From an uncultured bacterium (GTDB lineage: Bacteria > Verrucomicrobiota > Verrucomicrobiia > Verrucomicrobiales > DEV007), in the NCBI GenBank assembly GCA_963977015.1, contig CAXBMO010000015.1, positions 96,773 through 160,772 of the forward strand: DNA of 64,000 nt. Direction: 5' to 3'. Positions 1 through 10,834 of the stretch are shown here, one piece after another. Under the pieces are notes generated by a model. It ran no database searches. It saw nothing but the letters and a program-made list of their open reading frames with translations, and was not told the DNA's origin. A program made the position numbers and the translations under genes. Position 1 is the stretch's first letter. Each line of letters opens with the position of its first letter.

Positions 1-1
1 G

Positions 2-850
2 GCGCGGATTCAGGATCAAAACGTGGCGGCCCAGGTTCGCGCATTTGCCTTGCGTCTTTTTCCGGCCAAAGACAAACAACTCAAGCTCTCCCTCCTCAAC
101 GAACTGATCGCGTTGGGTCACGACGAACTGACATTTGAAGCCATTCGCAGCTTGAACGCGAAAAATTCGCCGGAAGCCCGCGGCATTCTCGCGAAGCTGG
201 CCCAAGACGAGAAACTCCCGATTCGCAGTCGCGCGGAAGCGATTCTCGGCCTCGCTGCGGATCCCGGCTCACACCGCGAAGTTCTCGCCGGGTTGGCCCA
301 ATCCAAACACCTGGCGATTCGCGATGAAGCTCGCCGCGCGTCTCCAGCCAACGCGATGAATCTCAGCGGGATTCCGCCCTTCACCGACACCGCCGCCTGG
401 CAAAGCCGGATCGATTCCGCACCGGGAAACGCCGATCGCGAAGCGGGGCGCCGTCTGTTCTTCCACCCGCGTCTGACGCGTTGCCACACCTGCCATCGCC
501 ATTCCGGCCGCGGAGCCGTCGTCGGCCCGGATTTGAGCGCGGTGGCGGATCGCAGCGACCCGACTTGGCTGTTGCAGTCGATTCTCGAGCCAAGCCGCGA
601 AGTCGCGCCGCAATACTATTCCTGGCAGCTCTCGCTGACCGATGGCGCCACGTTCACGGGCATCGCGCTCCGCCAGGGCGGAAACAGCGGCAAAGTGTAT
701 TACCGCGACATCACCGGCGCGGAACAAAGCTTCGTCAAAACCGACATTCACCATCGCCAGGAGCTGCAGACGTCCCTCATGCCCGGCGGGTTGATGTTAG
801 CGCTGACTCCGGCTGAATTGCGCGATCTGATCGCGTTTCTGTCGGAATAA
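2..850 (+). CDS. PVC-type heme-binding CxxCH protein, C-terminal part (5' truncated by window)
   Basis: Frame is open from the window start. HEAT-like helices, then GxxxAGRRLFF...CHTCH...VGPDLS...LLQSILEPSREV...SLMPGGL...LRDLIAFL, the typical C-terminal heme domain. Confidence 0.85.
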   Translation, partial: ARIQDQNVAAQVRAFALRLFPAKDKQLKLSLLNELIALGHDELTFEAIRSLNAKNSPEARGILAKLAQDEKLPIRSRAEAILGLAADPGSHREVLAGLAQSKHLAIRDEARRASPANAMNLSGIPPFTDTAAWQSRIDSAPGNADREAGRRLFFHPRLTRCHTCHRHSGRGAVVGPDLSAVADRSDPTWLLQSILEPSREVAPQYYSWQLSLTDGATFTGIALRQGGNSGKVYYRDITGAEQSFVKTDIHHRQELQTSLMPGGLMLALTPAELRDLIAFLSE

Positions 851-932
851 CGGGTTTCAAGAGAAGCTCCGTCTTTCCGGTTTCTATTTGGTAAACAAAG
901 GTAAACGACTTTCTGTTTACCAATTGCTTCTT

Positions 933-3479
933 CTATTCTTGGAACCGGAACGACTCTGAGGAAAAAATGCCGAGGCAAACCCGGCTCCAGGCATCGCGTT
1001 CCGAAAGCTTTTCGTTCGATCGCAGATGCGCGAGGTAGGCCTGGGTTTTGGCGATCGTTCCAGCTTGGGGGCGTTTTCCCAAGGCGATCCGGAATGCGGC
1101 GGCGATCCTTTCCGGCTCGTCCCGTTCCTTCATCGCGAGCAGGCGGTCGGCAAACTGATCGGCGTAATGTTTGGGCAGCGGATTGTTGAGCCAGAACAAG
1201 GCCTGGGCCGGCGTTTCCGACTGGGAACGCTCGCTCATCGGAACGCCGGATTCGTCGAAACCGAACAGCGGGAACATCTTGCGAATTTCCAGTCCCAACC
1301 CCAACGGCGAACGACCGGAAGTCAGGATGTAGAGCGCGCGATCTTTCGAGAGATCGGGATGGAGCGGTTCTCCCGATTCCTGAATTGGCAACACTCCCGC
1401 GGCAACCAACATCGAATCGTAAATCGCCTCCGCCTCCAGACGATAACGCGGAAACCGCCAATGAAGCTGGCTGTCCGGATCGATGAGCGCATTTCGTTCT
1501 TCCGTTTCACTGCTGAGTCGGTAGGTCGCGCTAGTCATGATTTTGCGATGCAGTTCCTTGATCGACCATCCGTTTGCGATGAACTCCGAAGCTAACCACT
1601 CAAGTAACTCCGGATGGGAAGGTTCGGCGCCCAATTCGCCAAACTCCGAGGTGGTCGCGACAATGCCCCGGCCAAAATGCCAATGCCAAACCCGATTCAC
1701 GAAAACCCGCGCCGGAAGCGGATTCGCCGGGTTCGTCAGCCATTCGGCGAGTTGTTTGCGACCGCTTGCCGAAGTGGGAACTTGGGGTGTTCCCAGCTTC
1801 CCTAACGTGGGAACTCCGCGAGGGACCAATTCTTCTTCCGTCTGATAAACCTGGCCCCCAATGTGGATGGGAACGTCCTGCGGTTGATCTTCCGCCACCT
1901 TCAATGCGACCGGCCGATTGCGCAGCTGTTCCCGCAATTCCTGGATTTCGCGGTCGAGTTTTTCCAGCTGACTGGAGGGAGATATCAACCATTCGGTTTC
2001 GGCGACACTCGGCGGCCAGGCCTCGGGATGACTGCGTCGAAACTCCAGAATTTTCGGATCGAGAGAAAGAGCCTCGCCGCGTTCCGGTTCCAACTCGTTG
2101 ACACGAATCAACTTCAACCGATCCAGCCGCGGAAACCATTCGTGCCGTTGTGCGAGCAGCCGGATGAGGTTTCTGCCGCGGTGCAAGGTGTAGCTTCCCG
2201 CCGAAACCCAGCCCTGGTGCGCTTCGTCCCAACCTCCGGTCGCTGCGGTGATGGCCGCCTCACCTTTGAGCTTCCCGTTGATCTCGACGTTCGTCGAAAC
2301 CGGCTCGTCGGCGGCATAACGAACCTGCAAGGCGTAGGAACCCGCTTCCGGCACGTCCACATAGTATTTTGCCCACTGGTCCTGACGTTTTCGCGTTCCA
2401 ATCGTCGGGCCATTCTCGTCCGGATATCCCCGCAGATTCCGTTGTCCCGCATAATCCTCCGCCTCAAACTTGGCGGTGATCAGTTGGGGAAGGCTGTGCA
2501 AAGCCGCCTGATATTCCGACTCCCGCTGCGAGACTCGGGAAACCAGTTGCTCGCGTTCGCGGCTGAGAATCCGCCAGCGTTCCTCGAGTTTTTGACTGAG
2601 AATCCGGGCTTCCGAAGAACCCAAATCATCCACCAAAGGCTGGATCAATCGGGGCCGGCCATCGCGCCATTCCTCCGAAAAACGGCTCGTGATCCGGGTG
2701 CTGCGAAAAATCCCCGCCAGTGCGTAATAATCGCGGGTCGGGATCGGGTCGAATTTATGATCGTGGCAACGGGCACAGGCGAAATCGAGCCCGAGGACCG
2801 CCTTCGTCAGCGTCGAAATCTGTTCGTCGATGATGTCGAGTCGGAGCTTGTTGGGATCCGTGCATTCGTCGAACCACGGCCCGATCGCCAAAAACGCGGG
2901 CGCGACCTTTTGATCGAGCTTCGCGGTTTCGTTCTCGGATTCAGGAAGCAGATCTCCCGCGACCTGCTCCGTCAAAAAGCGGTCATACGGTTTGTCCTGG
3001 TTGAAGGCGCGAACCACGTAATCGCGATAGGGCGCGGCGAGATCGATTTGATCGACTCCATCCACCTTGATCGTCCCCTGGATGTAGCGCGCCACATCAA
3101 GCCAATGCCTTCCCCAACGTTCTCCGTAGTGCGGAGACACCAACAGACGATCGACCAATCGCTCATAGGCGTCGGGCGAATCATCGGCGAGAAAAGCATC
3201 GATTTCCTCAATGGTCGGGGGCAACCCAATCAATGCGAGGCTGGCTCGCCGAATCAGCGCTTCGCGATCCGCCGACTCGACGGGTTTCACGTCATTGCGC
3301 TCCATGTTCGCGAGGATGAAGCGATCGATCTCGTTTTTCACCCAAACGCGGTCTTCGACCTGCGGCAAATCCGGACTCGTCAGCGGTTGATACGACCAAT
3401 GCGGGCTTTCTTCCGCCACACCGGCCATGCGGCACAGGAGGAGGAAGAGCAACATCGCTGGGGAGATCCAAGATCGCAT
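933..3479 (-). CDS. DUF1549/DUF1553 (PSCyt2/PSD1) protein with inserted CBM6/CBM35-like domain
   Basis: Signal peptide from ATG 3479; HWSYQP, IDRFI, YGERWGRHWLDVARY, CARCHDHKFDP, ARVFVNRVWHWHFGRG, PSHPELL. Central FEAEDY...YALQVRYA...TGGW...GRNLIRL beta-sandwich. Confidence 0.85.
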   Translation of the reverse strand: MRSWISPAMLLFLLLCRMAGVAEESPHWSYQPLTSPDLPQVEDRVWVKNEIDRFILANMERNDVKPVESADREALIRRASLALIGLPPTIEEIDAFLADDSPDAYERLVDRLLVSPHYGERWGRHWLDVARYIQGTIKVDGVDQIDLAAPYRDYVVRAFNQDKPYDRFLTEQVAGDLLPESENETAKLDQKVAPAFLAIGPWFDECTDPNKLRLDIIDEQISTLTKAVLGLDFACARCHDHKFDPIPTRDYYALAGIFRSTRITSRFSEEWRDGRPRLIQPLVDDLGSSEARILSQKLEERWRILSREREQLVSRVSQRESEYQAALHSLPQLITAKFEAEDYAGQRNLRGYPDENGPTIGTRKRQDQWAKYYVDVPEAGSYALQVRYAADEPVSTNVEINGKLKGEAAITAATGGWDEAHQGWVSAGSYTLHRGRNLIRLLAQRHEWFPRLDRLKLIRVNELEPERGEALSLDPKILEFRRSHPEAWPPSVAETEWLISPSSQLEKLDREIQELREQLRNRPVALKVAEDQPQDVPIHIGGQVYQTEEELVPRGVPTLGKLGTPQVPTSASGRKQLAEWLTNPANPLPARVFVNRVWHWHFGRGIVATTSEFGELGAEPSHPELLEWLASEFIANGWSIKELHRKIMTSATYRLSSETEERNALIDPDSQLHWRFPRYRLEAEAIYDSMLVAAGVLPIQESGEPLHPDLSKDRALYILTSGRSPLGLGLEIRKMFPLFGFDESGVPMSERSQSETPAQALFWLNNPLPKHYADQFADRLLAMKERDEPERIAAAFRIALGKRPQAGTIAKTQAYLAHLRSNEKLSERDAWSRVCLGIFSSESFRFQE

Positions 3480-3510
3480 TCCGGCAACTTGCCTCCTCTC
3501 CAGCCACCTC

Positions 3511-4521
3511 TCAAGCAGCTTCGGAAAGGAGATGCCGGGGGACAAAAAGCTGGACCGTTCCCTGGCGAGGCCGAAGCAGAACGTGTTGGGCGGTAATGCT
3601 TTGCGCGACATTGGGTTCACTGAGCAGATACAACAGTTCCTCGTCGGCCGGATTTCGATCCGTGCCCGTTTTCGCGAAATAATCGCGAATGTAATCGTAA
3701 CGACGGCAGGTGGTTTCGTAGATCTCGAGCGATGCGACCGTGGAGCGCTTGTTTTCGAGCATCCGGTAGTCGTTCGTGGTGATCAGCACTTCATCCGGCT
3801 TCGCCCATCGCAAGGCATGTCGCCGCGGGCTTCGCTCGATCACGACGCGTTCGTCGTTTTCCGTTCCCACCAGGGTCAGCAGTCCGGGAGCGATCATCCT
3901 AGTGTCGCGCAGCATCTTCAGGGCATCCTCAAAGCCTCGCGCCTCCTCCAACACCCGCCGAATCAGGAGCAGAACCGGATAACCGGTTTTGCAGGTCGGC
4001 TCGCTGCCCATCACCGCATTCAAAATCACGGCAAACCCGTTGGCGGATTGCCCGGTCACCACGCCGGAGAACCCCGGCCAACCCGCGTTGGTGAAACAGG
4101 CGCGCTCGTTGTTGCGGTAGTGCACGAGGCAGCTGGCCTGAGCCAGGGCATGCTCCGGAAACCAATCCATGTTTCGCGCGATAACGGGACCATTCGGAGT
4201 CGGGATCGAGATCGTGGAGCATCCCAGCTGCAGGATCATGAGATCGTAGGACACGTTTGCGATCGCCACTTTTCGCCAATCCTGATCGACCAGTTTCGCA
4301 AATGCCCGGATTTCGCCGTGAAAGCGGCCTCCGGTTCGCATTCTGAGCAGATCGGCGACGAGATCGAGGCCCGTGGGAATCTCCGAAATGATCTCACCAA
4401 GCAGCCTCCGCGAACCTGAGATCAGGGGATCCGCGAGACTCGAGAATCGCTCCGATACGGGGATGGAGAGATCAACAACGGCGGAAGGCGTTTCCACCCA
4501 TGGCGGGTTGGGAGATGGCAT
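3511..4521 (-). CDS. Ntn-hydrolase, acid ceramidase/NAAA or C45 family
   Basis: Autoprocessing motif GC(S)TI...VIARNMDW, GVVTG, TNDY. Start taken at ATG 4521. Confidence 0.75.
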   Translation of the reverse strand: MPSPNPPWVETPSAVVDLSIPVSERFSSLADPLISGSRRLLGEIISEIPTGLDLVADLLRMRTGGRFHGEIRAFAKLVDQDWRKVAIANVSYDLMILQLGCSTISIPTPNGPVIARNMDWFPEHALAQASCLVHYRNNERACFTNAGWPGFSGVVTGQSANGFAVILNAVMGSEPTCKTGYPVLLLIRRVLEEARGFEDALKMLRDTRMIAPGLLTLVGTENDERVVIERSPRRHALRWAKPDEVLITTNDYRMLENKRSTVASLEIYETTCRRYDYIRDYFAKTGTDRNPADEELLYLLSEPNVAQSITAQHVLLRPRQGTVQLFVPRHLLSEAA

Positions 4522-4712
4522 CAAAGGGTTGGGCTTAGGGTTCAAACGTTAGACGAAAACTGCGACATTTTCTCAACTTTTCCGAGGATCCACCTCCAAC
4601 AAAAAGCCGATCCGGTGACGATTCCATTTTCAAATGAGATCTCTTTCCTCTGTAGTCCCGGCCCGAAAACGGACTGGTCTAAGTTGGAATTTCCGCTAGG
4701 GTCCTCGCAAGC

Positions 4713-7475
4713 ATGGTCGTTTTTCAGTCCCCCCAATGGTTTTTCCTCATCCCGGCCCTGGCCGCGGTGGGTTGGTATTGGAAAGAACTGAAGTTCTGGT
4801 CGCCATTTCGCTTTCTGGCCCTGCTTTTCGTGGTCTTGACCCTCGCTGATCCCCAGATTCGCCAATTGAAACGCGGCATGGATCTCTGGGTTCTCGTCGA
4901 TCGCTCGGAATCGGCTCTCGCCATCGTCGACCAGAATTTCGAGGAATGGAAGCGCCTCCTCACCCGCTCAAAACCGACACGCTATGATACGCTGCGTTTC
5001 GTCAATTTTGCCGGGGAAGTCGTGGAGCAAACCGGACCGGAAACGATGAAATACGCGGGAACCCCGGACTACACCCGGACGCGGCTCGCGCTGGAAAGCA
5101 CCATCGCGATGCTCGAACCGGACCGCCATGCCCGCGTCCTCATGTTCACCGATGGTTACGGAACCGAGCCCCTCGGCGACGCCGGCAACAAGTTGGCGGA
5201 TTTGGGCGTCCCGCTCGACTACCGAATGCTTCGGGCGGAGGACGAAACCGATTACCAGGTCGTGAGCGTGAAGGTGCCGACCCGCAAACGCTTGGGGGAA
5301 CCGTTTTTGGTCGAGATCGTGGTGCGCGGGACCGATGACGGACCCGTTGATGTCGAGATTTCGCGCGATGGCGGCGCGCCGGTCACGGAAACGGTCGAAA
5401 TTGCCAAGGGACAGGGCTCACTCCAGTTCGCCACCCGGATCGGAAGTCCGGGAGCACACAAATACCGCGTCGAGCTTCCCATCAACGACGCCTACAAGGG
5501 CAACAACGACTTTGAAAGCTGGATCGAGATCACAGCCGGTCCGCGGGTCGTGCTCGCCAGCAAATACATTGATGATCCCATCGCTCCGATCCTCCAGACC
5601 CAAGGTTTCGACGTCCAGATTGTTTCCGACCCGACCAAACTCCAGGTCGGGATGTTGACCGGGGCCAAGGTTCTGATTCTGAACAACGTTCCCGCCTACG
5701 AGATTCCCCAGGATTTCCTCGCGGCGGTCGATTTCTTCGTCCGCAGCCAGGGTGGGGGACTGCTCATGGTCGGTGGTCAACAGAGTTTTGCCTCGGGCGG
5801 TTACTTCGAATCGTCGATCGACGAATTGCTGCCCGTCTCGATGGAGCTCAAGGCGGAGCATCGCAAGCTGGCCGTAGCCATGGGCATCGTGATGGATCGC
5901 TCCGGTTCCATGAGCATGACCGTTCCCAGCGGCCAGACCAAGATGGATCTCGCCAACGAAGGTTCGGCTCGCGCGGTCGAGCTCCTCGGCCACTTTGATC
6001 AAATCACCGTGTTCGCGATCGACAGCAGCGCGCATCAGGAAGTTCCGCTGATGCCGGTCGGCCCGAAGCGCAAAGAGATCATTCAACGCATTCGCCGGAT
6101 TGGAAGCATGGGCGGCGGAATCTTCGTCTACACCGGGATGAAAGCGTGTTGGGATTCGTTGAAGAAGTCGGAGGTCGGCCAACGCCACATCATCCTGTTT
6201 TCCGATGCGGCGGACTCCGAGGAACCCGGAAACTACAAGGCGTTGCTCAAGGAAATGGTCGAAGACGGAGCGACGACCGTCAGTGTGATCGGCTTGGGAA
6301 CGCCTGCGGACAGCGACGCCGCCTTTCTCGAAGACATCGCCTCGCGCGGCAACGGCCGCATGTTTTTCACGGAAGACGCGACCACGATTCCGAACATCTT
6401 CGCCCAGGAAACGGTCACCGTGGCGCGATCGCTCTTTGTCGAAGATTCGGTCGCGACGGAAACGACCGGCCAATGGCTGGAAATCTCCCGCAACAATTTC
6501 GATTGGCTCACCAGTGTTGACGGTTACAACCTGAGTTATGCGCGTCCCGAGGCCTCGGTCGCTCTGGTCAGTCAGGACGAATACACCGCGCCGATGGTTT
6601 CCTTCGTGCAACGCGGGATTGGTCGTTCCGCCGCGGTTTCGTTTCCGATGGGCGGAAAGTTCTCCGATTCGGTCCGCGCCTGGCCCAAGATTGGCGATTT
6701 CGTCCAAACCATGACCCGCTGGCTCATGGGAGAAACCCTGCCCCCGGGAATCGGCATCCGGACGAGCCTGGATGGAACCGAGTTCACCCTCGACCTGCTT
6801 CATGATGATCAATGGACGAAACGGCTCGCCGAACCACCCCGCATCTTTTTGGCGCAGGAGAAAGCGACGCTGATTGATGGGAAATTCACCAACATCCGCG
6901 AGATCACCTGGCGGCGACTCGCTCCCGGCCATTTTCGAGCCACGACCCAGCTCGAGCACGGTCGCATGGTTCGCGGCGCCATCCAGATTGGCGGGCTTGC
7001 GCTTCCCTTCGGGCCGATTGTGGTCGGTGGCAGTCCGGAATGGGCGTTTGATCCGGTTCGGGTGGAAGAGCTGAAACAGGCGGCAGCGGTCAGCGGAGGT
7101 CAGGAGCTCGTCGACCTCTCCAAGGCCTGGACGCAACCCGAAGTGAAGGAGTTTGCCTCGATCCAGCCCTGGCTGCTCACGATTTTGCTTTGCGCGGTGA
7201 TTCTCGATGCGTTGTTCACGCGGATGGGTTGGCAGATGCCGGTGTTCGCCGGGTTGCCCAAAGTTCTGGCGAATCTCAAACCCAGGGCGCGTGCGAAATC
7301 GGCTCCCAAGGCGAAATCCATTTCGAAAGCGACTCCACCGGCGGTCCCAGGCAGTTCGGAAACGGAAATTCCGGAGCCACCCAGGGTTCCCGACGCTCCC
7401 GAGAAACCGGAAATCACGCCCGACACCAGCGAGCAGCGTCGTTCCCGGTTCGATCGGGCCAAGCGCCGACGTTAG
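4713..7475 (+). CDS. Membrane-anchored double VWA-domain protein with GATase-like domain
   Basis: N-terminal TM; MIDAS motifs DRSES/TDG and DRSGSM/SD; GGGLLMVGG..SFASGGY...LLPV; C-terminal TM and Pro/Lys-rich tail. Confidence 0.8.
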   Translation: MVVFQSPQWFFLIPALAAVGWYWKELKFWSPFRFLALLFVVLTLADPQIRQLKRGMDLWVLVDRSESALAIVDQNFEEWKRLLTRSKPTRYDTLRFVNFAGEVVEQTGPETMKYAGTPDYTRTRLALESTIAMLEPDRHARVLMFTDGYGTEPLGDAGNKLADLGVPLDYRMLRAEDETDYQVVSVKVPTRKRLGEPFLVEIVVRGTDDGPVDVEISRDGGAPVTETVEIAKGQGSLQFATRIGSPGAHKYRVELPINDAYKGNNDFESWIEITAGPRVVLASKYIDDPIAPILQTQGFDVQIVSDPTKLQVGMLTGAKVLILNNVPAYEIPQDFLAAVDFFVRSQGGGLLMVGGQQSFASGGYFESSIDELLPVSMELKAEHRKLAVAMGIVMDRSGSMSMTVPSGQTKMDLANEGSARAVELLGHFDQITVFAIDSSAHQEVPLMPVGPKRKEIIQRIRRIGSMGGGIFVYTGMKACWDSLKKSEVGQRHIILFSDAADSEEPGNYKALLKEMVEDGATTVSVIGLGTPADSDAAFLEDIASRGNGRMFFTEDATTIPNIFAQETVTVARSLFVEDSVATETTGQWLEISRNNFDWLTSVDGYNLSYARPEASVALVSQDEYTAPMVSFVQRGIGRSAAVSFPMGGKFSDSVRAWPKIGDFVQTMTRWLMGETLPPGIGIRTSLDGTEFTLDLLHDDQWTKRLAEPPRIFLAQEKATLIDGKFTNIREITWRRLAPGHFRATTQLEHGRMVRGAIQIGGLALPFGPIVVGGSPEWAFDPVRVEELKQAAAVSGGQELVDLSKAWTQPEVKEFASIQPWLLTILLCAVILDALFTRMGWQMPVFAGLPKVLANLKPRARAKSAPKAKSISKATPPAVPGSSETEIPEPPRVPDAPEKPEITPDTSEQRRSRFDRAKRRR

Positions 7476-7542
7476 CGGCCTGCCGCTGTGTCGGTTCTGT
7501 CACTTGCGGCCAATCTGGGCCTGACTTAGCAGGGCCGGATTG

Positions 7543-8742
7543 ATGAATCGAGTTCTGGAAGTTTTCGTGGTTTTTCTGCGCCTGGGTTTCACCTCCTTCG
7601 GCGGTCCGGTCGCCCACCTCGCCTTTTTTCACGACGCCTTCGTCAAGCGGCTGAAGTGGCTGGACGAGGAAACCTACAGCGACACGCTCGCCCTTTGCCA
7701 GTTTCTCCCGGGGCCGGGAAGTTCGCAGCTGGGGTTCGCGATCGGCTACCTGCGGGCCGGGATTCCTGGCGCCTTTGCCGCGTTTGTCGGCTTCACCGTC
7801 CCGTCGGCCGCGTTGATGATCGGCTTCGGCATGGGGATGCTCCATATTTCACCCGATGCCGACGCGCCCTGGCTGCAAGGTCTCAAGATCGCGGTGGTGG
7901 TGGTCGTGGCGAAAGCCGTTTGGGGAATGGCGAAGCAGCTTTGTCCCGACCGATCCCGCATCACCCTGGCGATCGCCTGCGCGGTGACGATGTTGGCGCT
8001 GGGAATCGCCTGGGCTCAAGTCGCGGTGATCGTGATCGGCGGAGTTTTTGGAGCGATGATCTTTCGCTCGAAAGACGACGCGCCAATCCCAACCAAGGCT
8101 GCGGAAATCGGGAAGCAGGAGAGCCGGCTCAAGTCGAGCTTCTGGCTCGTGCTGTTCTTCGTAATGTTGATTGGGTTGCCTTCCGCCGCGAACATTTTCG
8201 GCTGGGAAGAGGCGACGTTCTTCTCCGGATTTTTCCAAGCTGGCTCCCTCGTTTTTGGGGGCGGTCACGTGATCTTGCCGTTGCTGCGGGATTTCGTGGT
8301 GCCAAACGGTTGGATGACGGACGATGCCTTCATGGCGGGATACGGTGCGGCCCAAGCGATGCCCGGCCCCCTGTTTACCATTGCGGCCTACCTCGGAACG
8401 GTTGCGCAGGATGCGCCATTTGGCGGGATTGTTGGGGGCATCGTCGCCCTGCTCGCCATCTTCGTTCCATCCTGGCTCCTTGTGCTCGGCGCTCTTCCAT
8501 TCTGGAAACGCATGCGGGGAAACCCCGTCTTCGCCGCCGCATTGAAAGGCGCAAACGCGGCGGTGGTCGGAATTTTGATCGCGGCGCTCTATCAACCGGT
8601 TTGGCTTGCCGGAATCCGGGAGCCGAGGCATTTCATCATCGGGCTGATTCTCTTTGGCCTCGTGATGTTCTGGAAACTCCCACCGTGGGCATCCGTCATC
8701 CTGGCCGCGGGACTCGGCTACGGCATTCTTGGCCTCACTTGA
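7543..8742 (+). CDS. chrA: Chromate efflux transporter
   Basis: Two CHR halves: FLRLGFTSFGGP...LPGPGSSQ and FGGGHVILP...AQAMPGP. Confidence 0.92.
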   Translation: MNRVLEVFVVFLRLGFTSFGGPVAHLAFFHDAFVKRLKWLDEETYSDTLALCQFLPGPGSSQLGFAIGYLRAGIPGAFAAFVGFTVPSAALMIGFGMGMLHISPDADAPWLQGLKIAVVVVVAKAVWGMAKQLCPDRSRITLAIACAVTMLALGIAWAQVAVIVIGGVFGAMIFRSKDDAPIPTKAAEIGKQESRLKSSFWLVLFFVMLIGLPSAANIFGWEEATFFSGFFQAGSLVFGGGHVILPLLRDFVVPNGWMTDDAFMAGYGAAQAMPGPLFTIAAYLGTVAQDAPFGGIVGGIVALLAIFVPSWLLVLGALPFWKRMRGNPVFAAALKGANAAVVGILIAALYQPVWLAGIREPRHFIIGLILFGLVMFWKLPPWASVILAAGLGYGILGLT

Positions 8743-10117
8743 CCGGGTTTCCGTAGGCGTCGACCTCGGTCAAGGCCGCCGGCGAGAGGGGAGGCTGGAG
8801 GTAGCGATTGATGGTCGCGAGGAGCTTTTCGCGGGCTTGCTGCGCTTCCGGCGAGAGGTTGTCGAATTCCAGCGGTTCCTCGCGCAGTCCCAATCCCGCA
8901 ATGTCGTAGAATTTATCGTCGAGCAACGAGAGCTTGTAGGAATGATCGAGCGCAAAAATGTGGCGGCCATAAGCCATCTTGTCCCAACCGGGACGGGGAT
9001 CATACCAGAAGAAGGCGACCTCCCGTGGTGTCGCGGGTTTGCCGAGCAGGCGCGGCGCAAAACTGATTCCATCCACAAGGCCCCAATCGTCGGGCAAGGA
9101 TTTTCCGGCCAAATCCACCAACGTCGGTAGGAAGTCCGAGGCATCGACCAAGTCGTCGGTTACCAGTCCGGAGACCGGGCTTTTCGGCCAATTCACGATC
9201 AAGGGAACGCGAATTCCAGCTTGAATCGGCAACGCCTTTCCGCCCTGAACCGGCTTTCCGTTCAAGGTCGAGGTAATGCGTCGATCCGTTCCGTTATCGC
9301 CGTAAAACAGAATCATCGTATCCTCGCGCAACCCCAGTTCATCGAGCTTCGCCATCAAATTCCCCACAATCTTGTCCATGTATTCGACCATGTCCTTGAA
9401 GTAACGGGTATCTTCCTCAAACCGGCGGCTTGGATCCTTCCATTCCTCGGAATCCGGCGTGGGAACCATCGGCCAATGCGGAAGCGCCATCGGGTAGTAG
9501 ACGAACATTCGTTCCTCCCGATTCCGCTTCATGAAATCCGCAATGTAGTCGATCGTCATGTCTTCCCCGTACTTCCCTTCATCGGTCCTGAGCACTCCGT
9601 TCTGGAGATAGGTCGGATCAGCATATCGCGACCCTTTATCCTCCGTTTCCTCAGCATGAAACAGCGAGTATTCGTCAAATCCCGCGTCTTTGGGATGCGT
9701 GCCGGTTCCGCGTCGTTTTTCGGCACCGGGAAAATCGGGCGGGTCGTAGGACGTCAGTTGCCACTTGCCCGCGATGCAGGTTTTGAATCCAAAATCGCTC
9801 ATCAAGTGTCCGAACGTTTTTTCTCCCTGTCGCAAGATTCCAAAATACTGCCAATTCCGGTGGTTGTATTTCCCCGTCATGATCTGAACCCGCGTAGGCG
9901 TGCAGAGCGGTTGGGAATACGCGTGACTGAACCGAACGCCCGTCTTCGCCAAACCATCGAGAACCGGCGTTTTGTAGTCGGAACCGCCGTAACAGCCAAT
10001 CCCGTCAATTCCGATGTCATCCGCGAGGATTAGAATGATGTTTTTCGGTCCTTCATCGGCCAGAATTCCACCGGTGAGAAAGGCCAGAAAGAGGAGGGTT
10101 TGTTTGGCAAGGGGCAT
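8735..10117 (-). CDS. Secreted sulfatase (formylglycine-dependent, arylsulfatase-like)
   Basis: NIILILADD, CTPTR, GKWQL, GDNG; signal peptide from ATG 10117. Confidence 0.92.
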   Translation of the reverse strand: MPLAKQTLLFLAFLTGGILADEGPKNIILILADDIGIDGIGCYGGSDYKTPVLDGLAKTGVRFSHAYSQPLCTPTRVQIMTGKYNHRNWQYFGILRQGEKTFGHLMSDFGFKTCIAGKWQLTSYDPPDFPGAEKRRGTGTHPKDAGFDEYSLFHAEETEDKGSRYADPTYLQNGVLRTDEGKYGEDMTIDYIADFMKRNREERMFVYYPMALPHWPMVPTPDSEEWKDPSRRFEEDTRYFKDMVEYMDKIVGNLMAKLDELGLREDTMILFYGDNGTDRRITSTLNGKPVQGGKALPIQAGIRVPLIVNWPKSPVSGLVTDDLVDASDFLPTLVDLAGKSLPDDWGLVDGISFAPRLLGKPATPREVAFFWYDPRPGWDKMAYGRHIFALDHSYKLSLLDDKFYDIAGLGLREEPLEFDNLSPEAQQAREKLLATINRYLQPPLSPAALTEVDAYGNPVK

Positions 10118-10384
10118 GGCGGAAATCCTAATCCGGTTGAGTTCCAAATTGCAAACCAAGCTCCCGCAAGTTTGCGAAAAGTTTTGCCGAAAACGATTGC
10201 GCATTGCTAGGAACGCCTCGATTTTGCGGCTAGCCGATAATTCAGGTGCGCTAAAGATTAACCCACCACTAACCTTGAGTTGCTGATTTCTATCCCGGCC
10301 CACTTTTCTCTTCTCTGAAGGAATCAGTAGCCAACCACTGGAACTCTCAACTCTATCGGCTCTTAAAAAAATAAGTGTAGTTCA

Positions 10385-10804
10385 ATGAAATTGTATATTG
10401 GGAATATCCCCTATGAAGCCACGGAACTTGAGTTGCGTGAATTGGTCGGCCAACATGGTGAAGTTGTCGATCTCTACTATCCCACCGACCCAGAGACAGG
10501 AAGCCACAAAGGTTTTGCCTTTGCGACTCTAGACAGCAAGGAAGCAGGAACCGCTGCGATGGCAGCGATCAACGGCGCCGAGATCGGCGGACGTGAACTG
10601 CGTTGTAACGAAGCGGAAGAACGCCGAAAACCTCAACGCAACTTCGGTGGCGGTGGTGGCGGAGGAGGAGATCGCCGTGGCGGCGGTGGTGGTGGCTACC
10701 GTGGTGGTGGCGGAGGAGATCGTCGCGGTGGCGGCGGTGGTGGTGGACGCGATCGTCGCGGTGGCGGCGGACGTGATCGACGCCGAAACGATTGGGACGA
10801 TTAA
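10385..10804 (+). CDS. RRM RNA-binding protein with Gly/Arg-rich tail
   Basis: RNP2 LYIGNI, RNP1 KGFAFA; tail of GGGGGG-DRR repeats. Confidence 0.95.
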   Translation: MKLYIGNIPYEATELELRELVGQHGEVVDLYYPTDPETGSHKGFAFATLDSKEAGTAAMAAINGAEIGGRELRCNEAEERRKPQRNFGGGGGGGGDRRGGGGGGYRGGGGGDRRGGGGGGGRDRRGGGGRDRRRNDWDD

Positions 10805-10834
10805 ACCCGGGTCCAGAACCCAAAAAATTTGATC

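Noticed and set aside
1863-3596. Long antisense ORFs (also 5418-7136, 52866-54512, 56466-57707, 61104-63446)
   Set aside because: Shadow frames of real genes in GC-rich DNA, with no recognisable motifs.
10148-10210. TGC-rich motifs (TTGCGCATTGCTA) upstream of the RRM gene resembling the enhancer
   Set aside because: I could not find a properly spaced GG-N10-GC promoter nearby, so it is not counted in the regulon.
10646-10780. GGT/GGC repeat tract as a possible array
   Set aside because: It simply encodes the Gly/Arg tail of the RRM protein.
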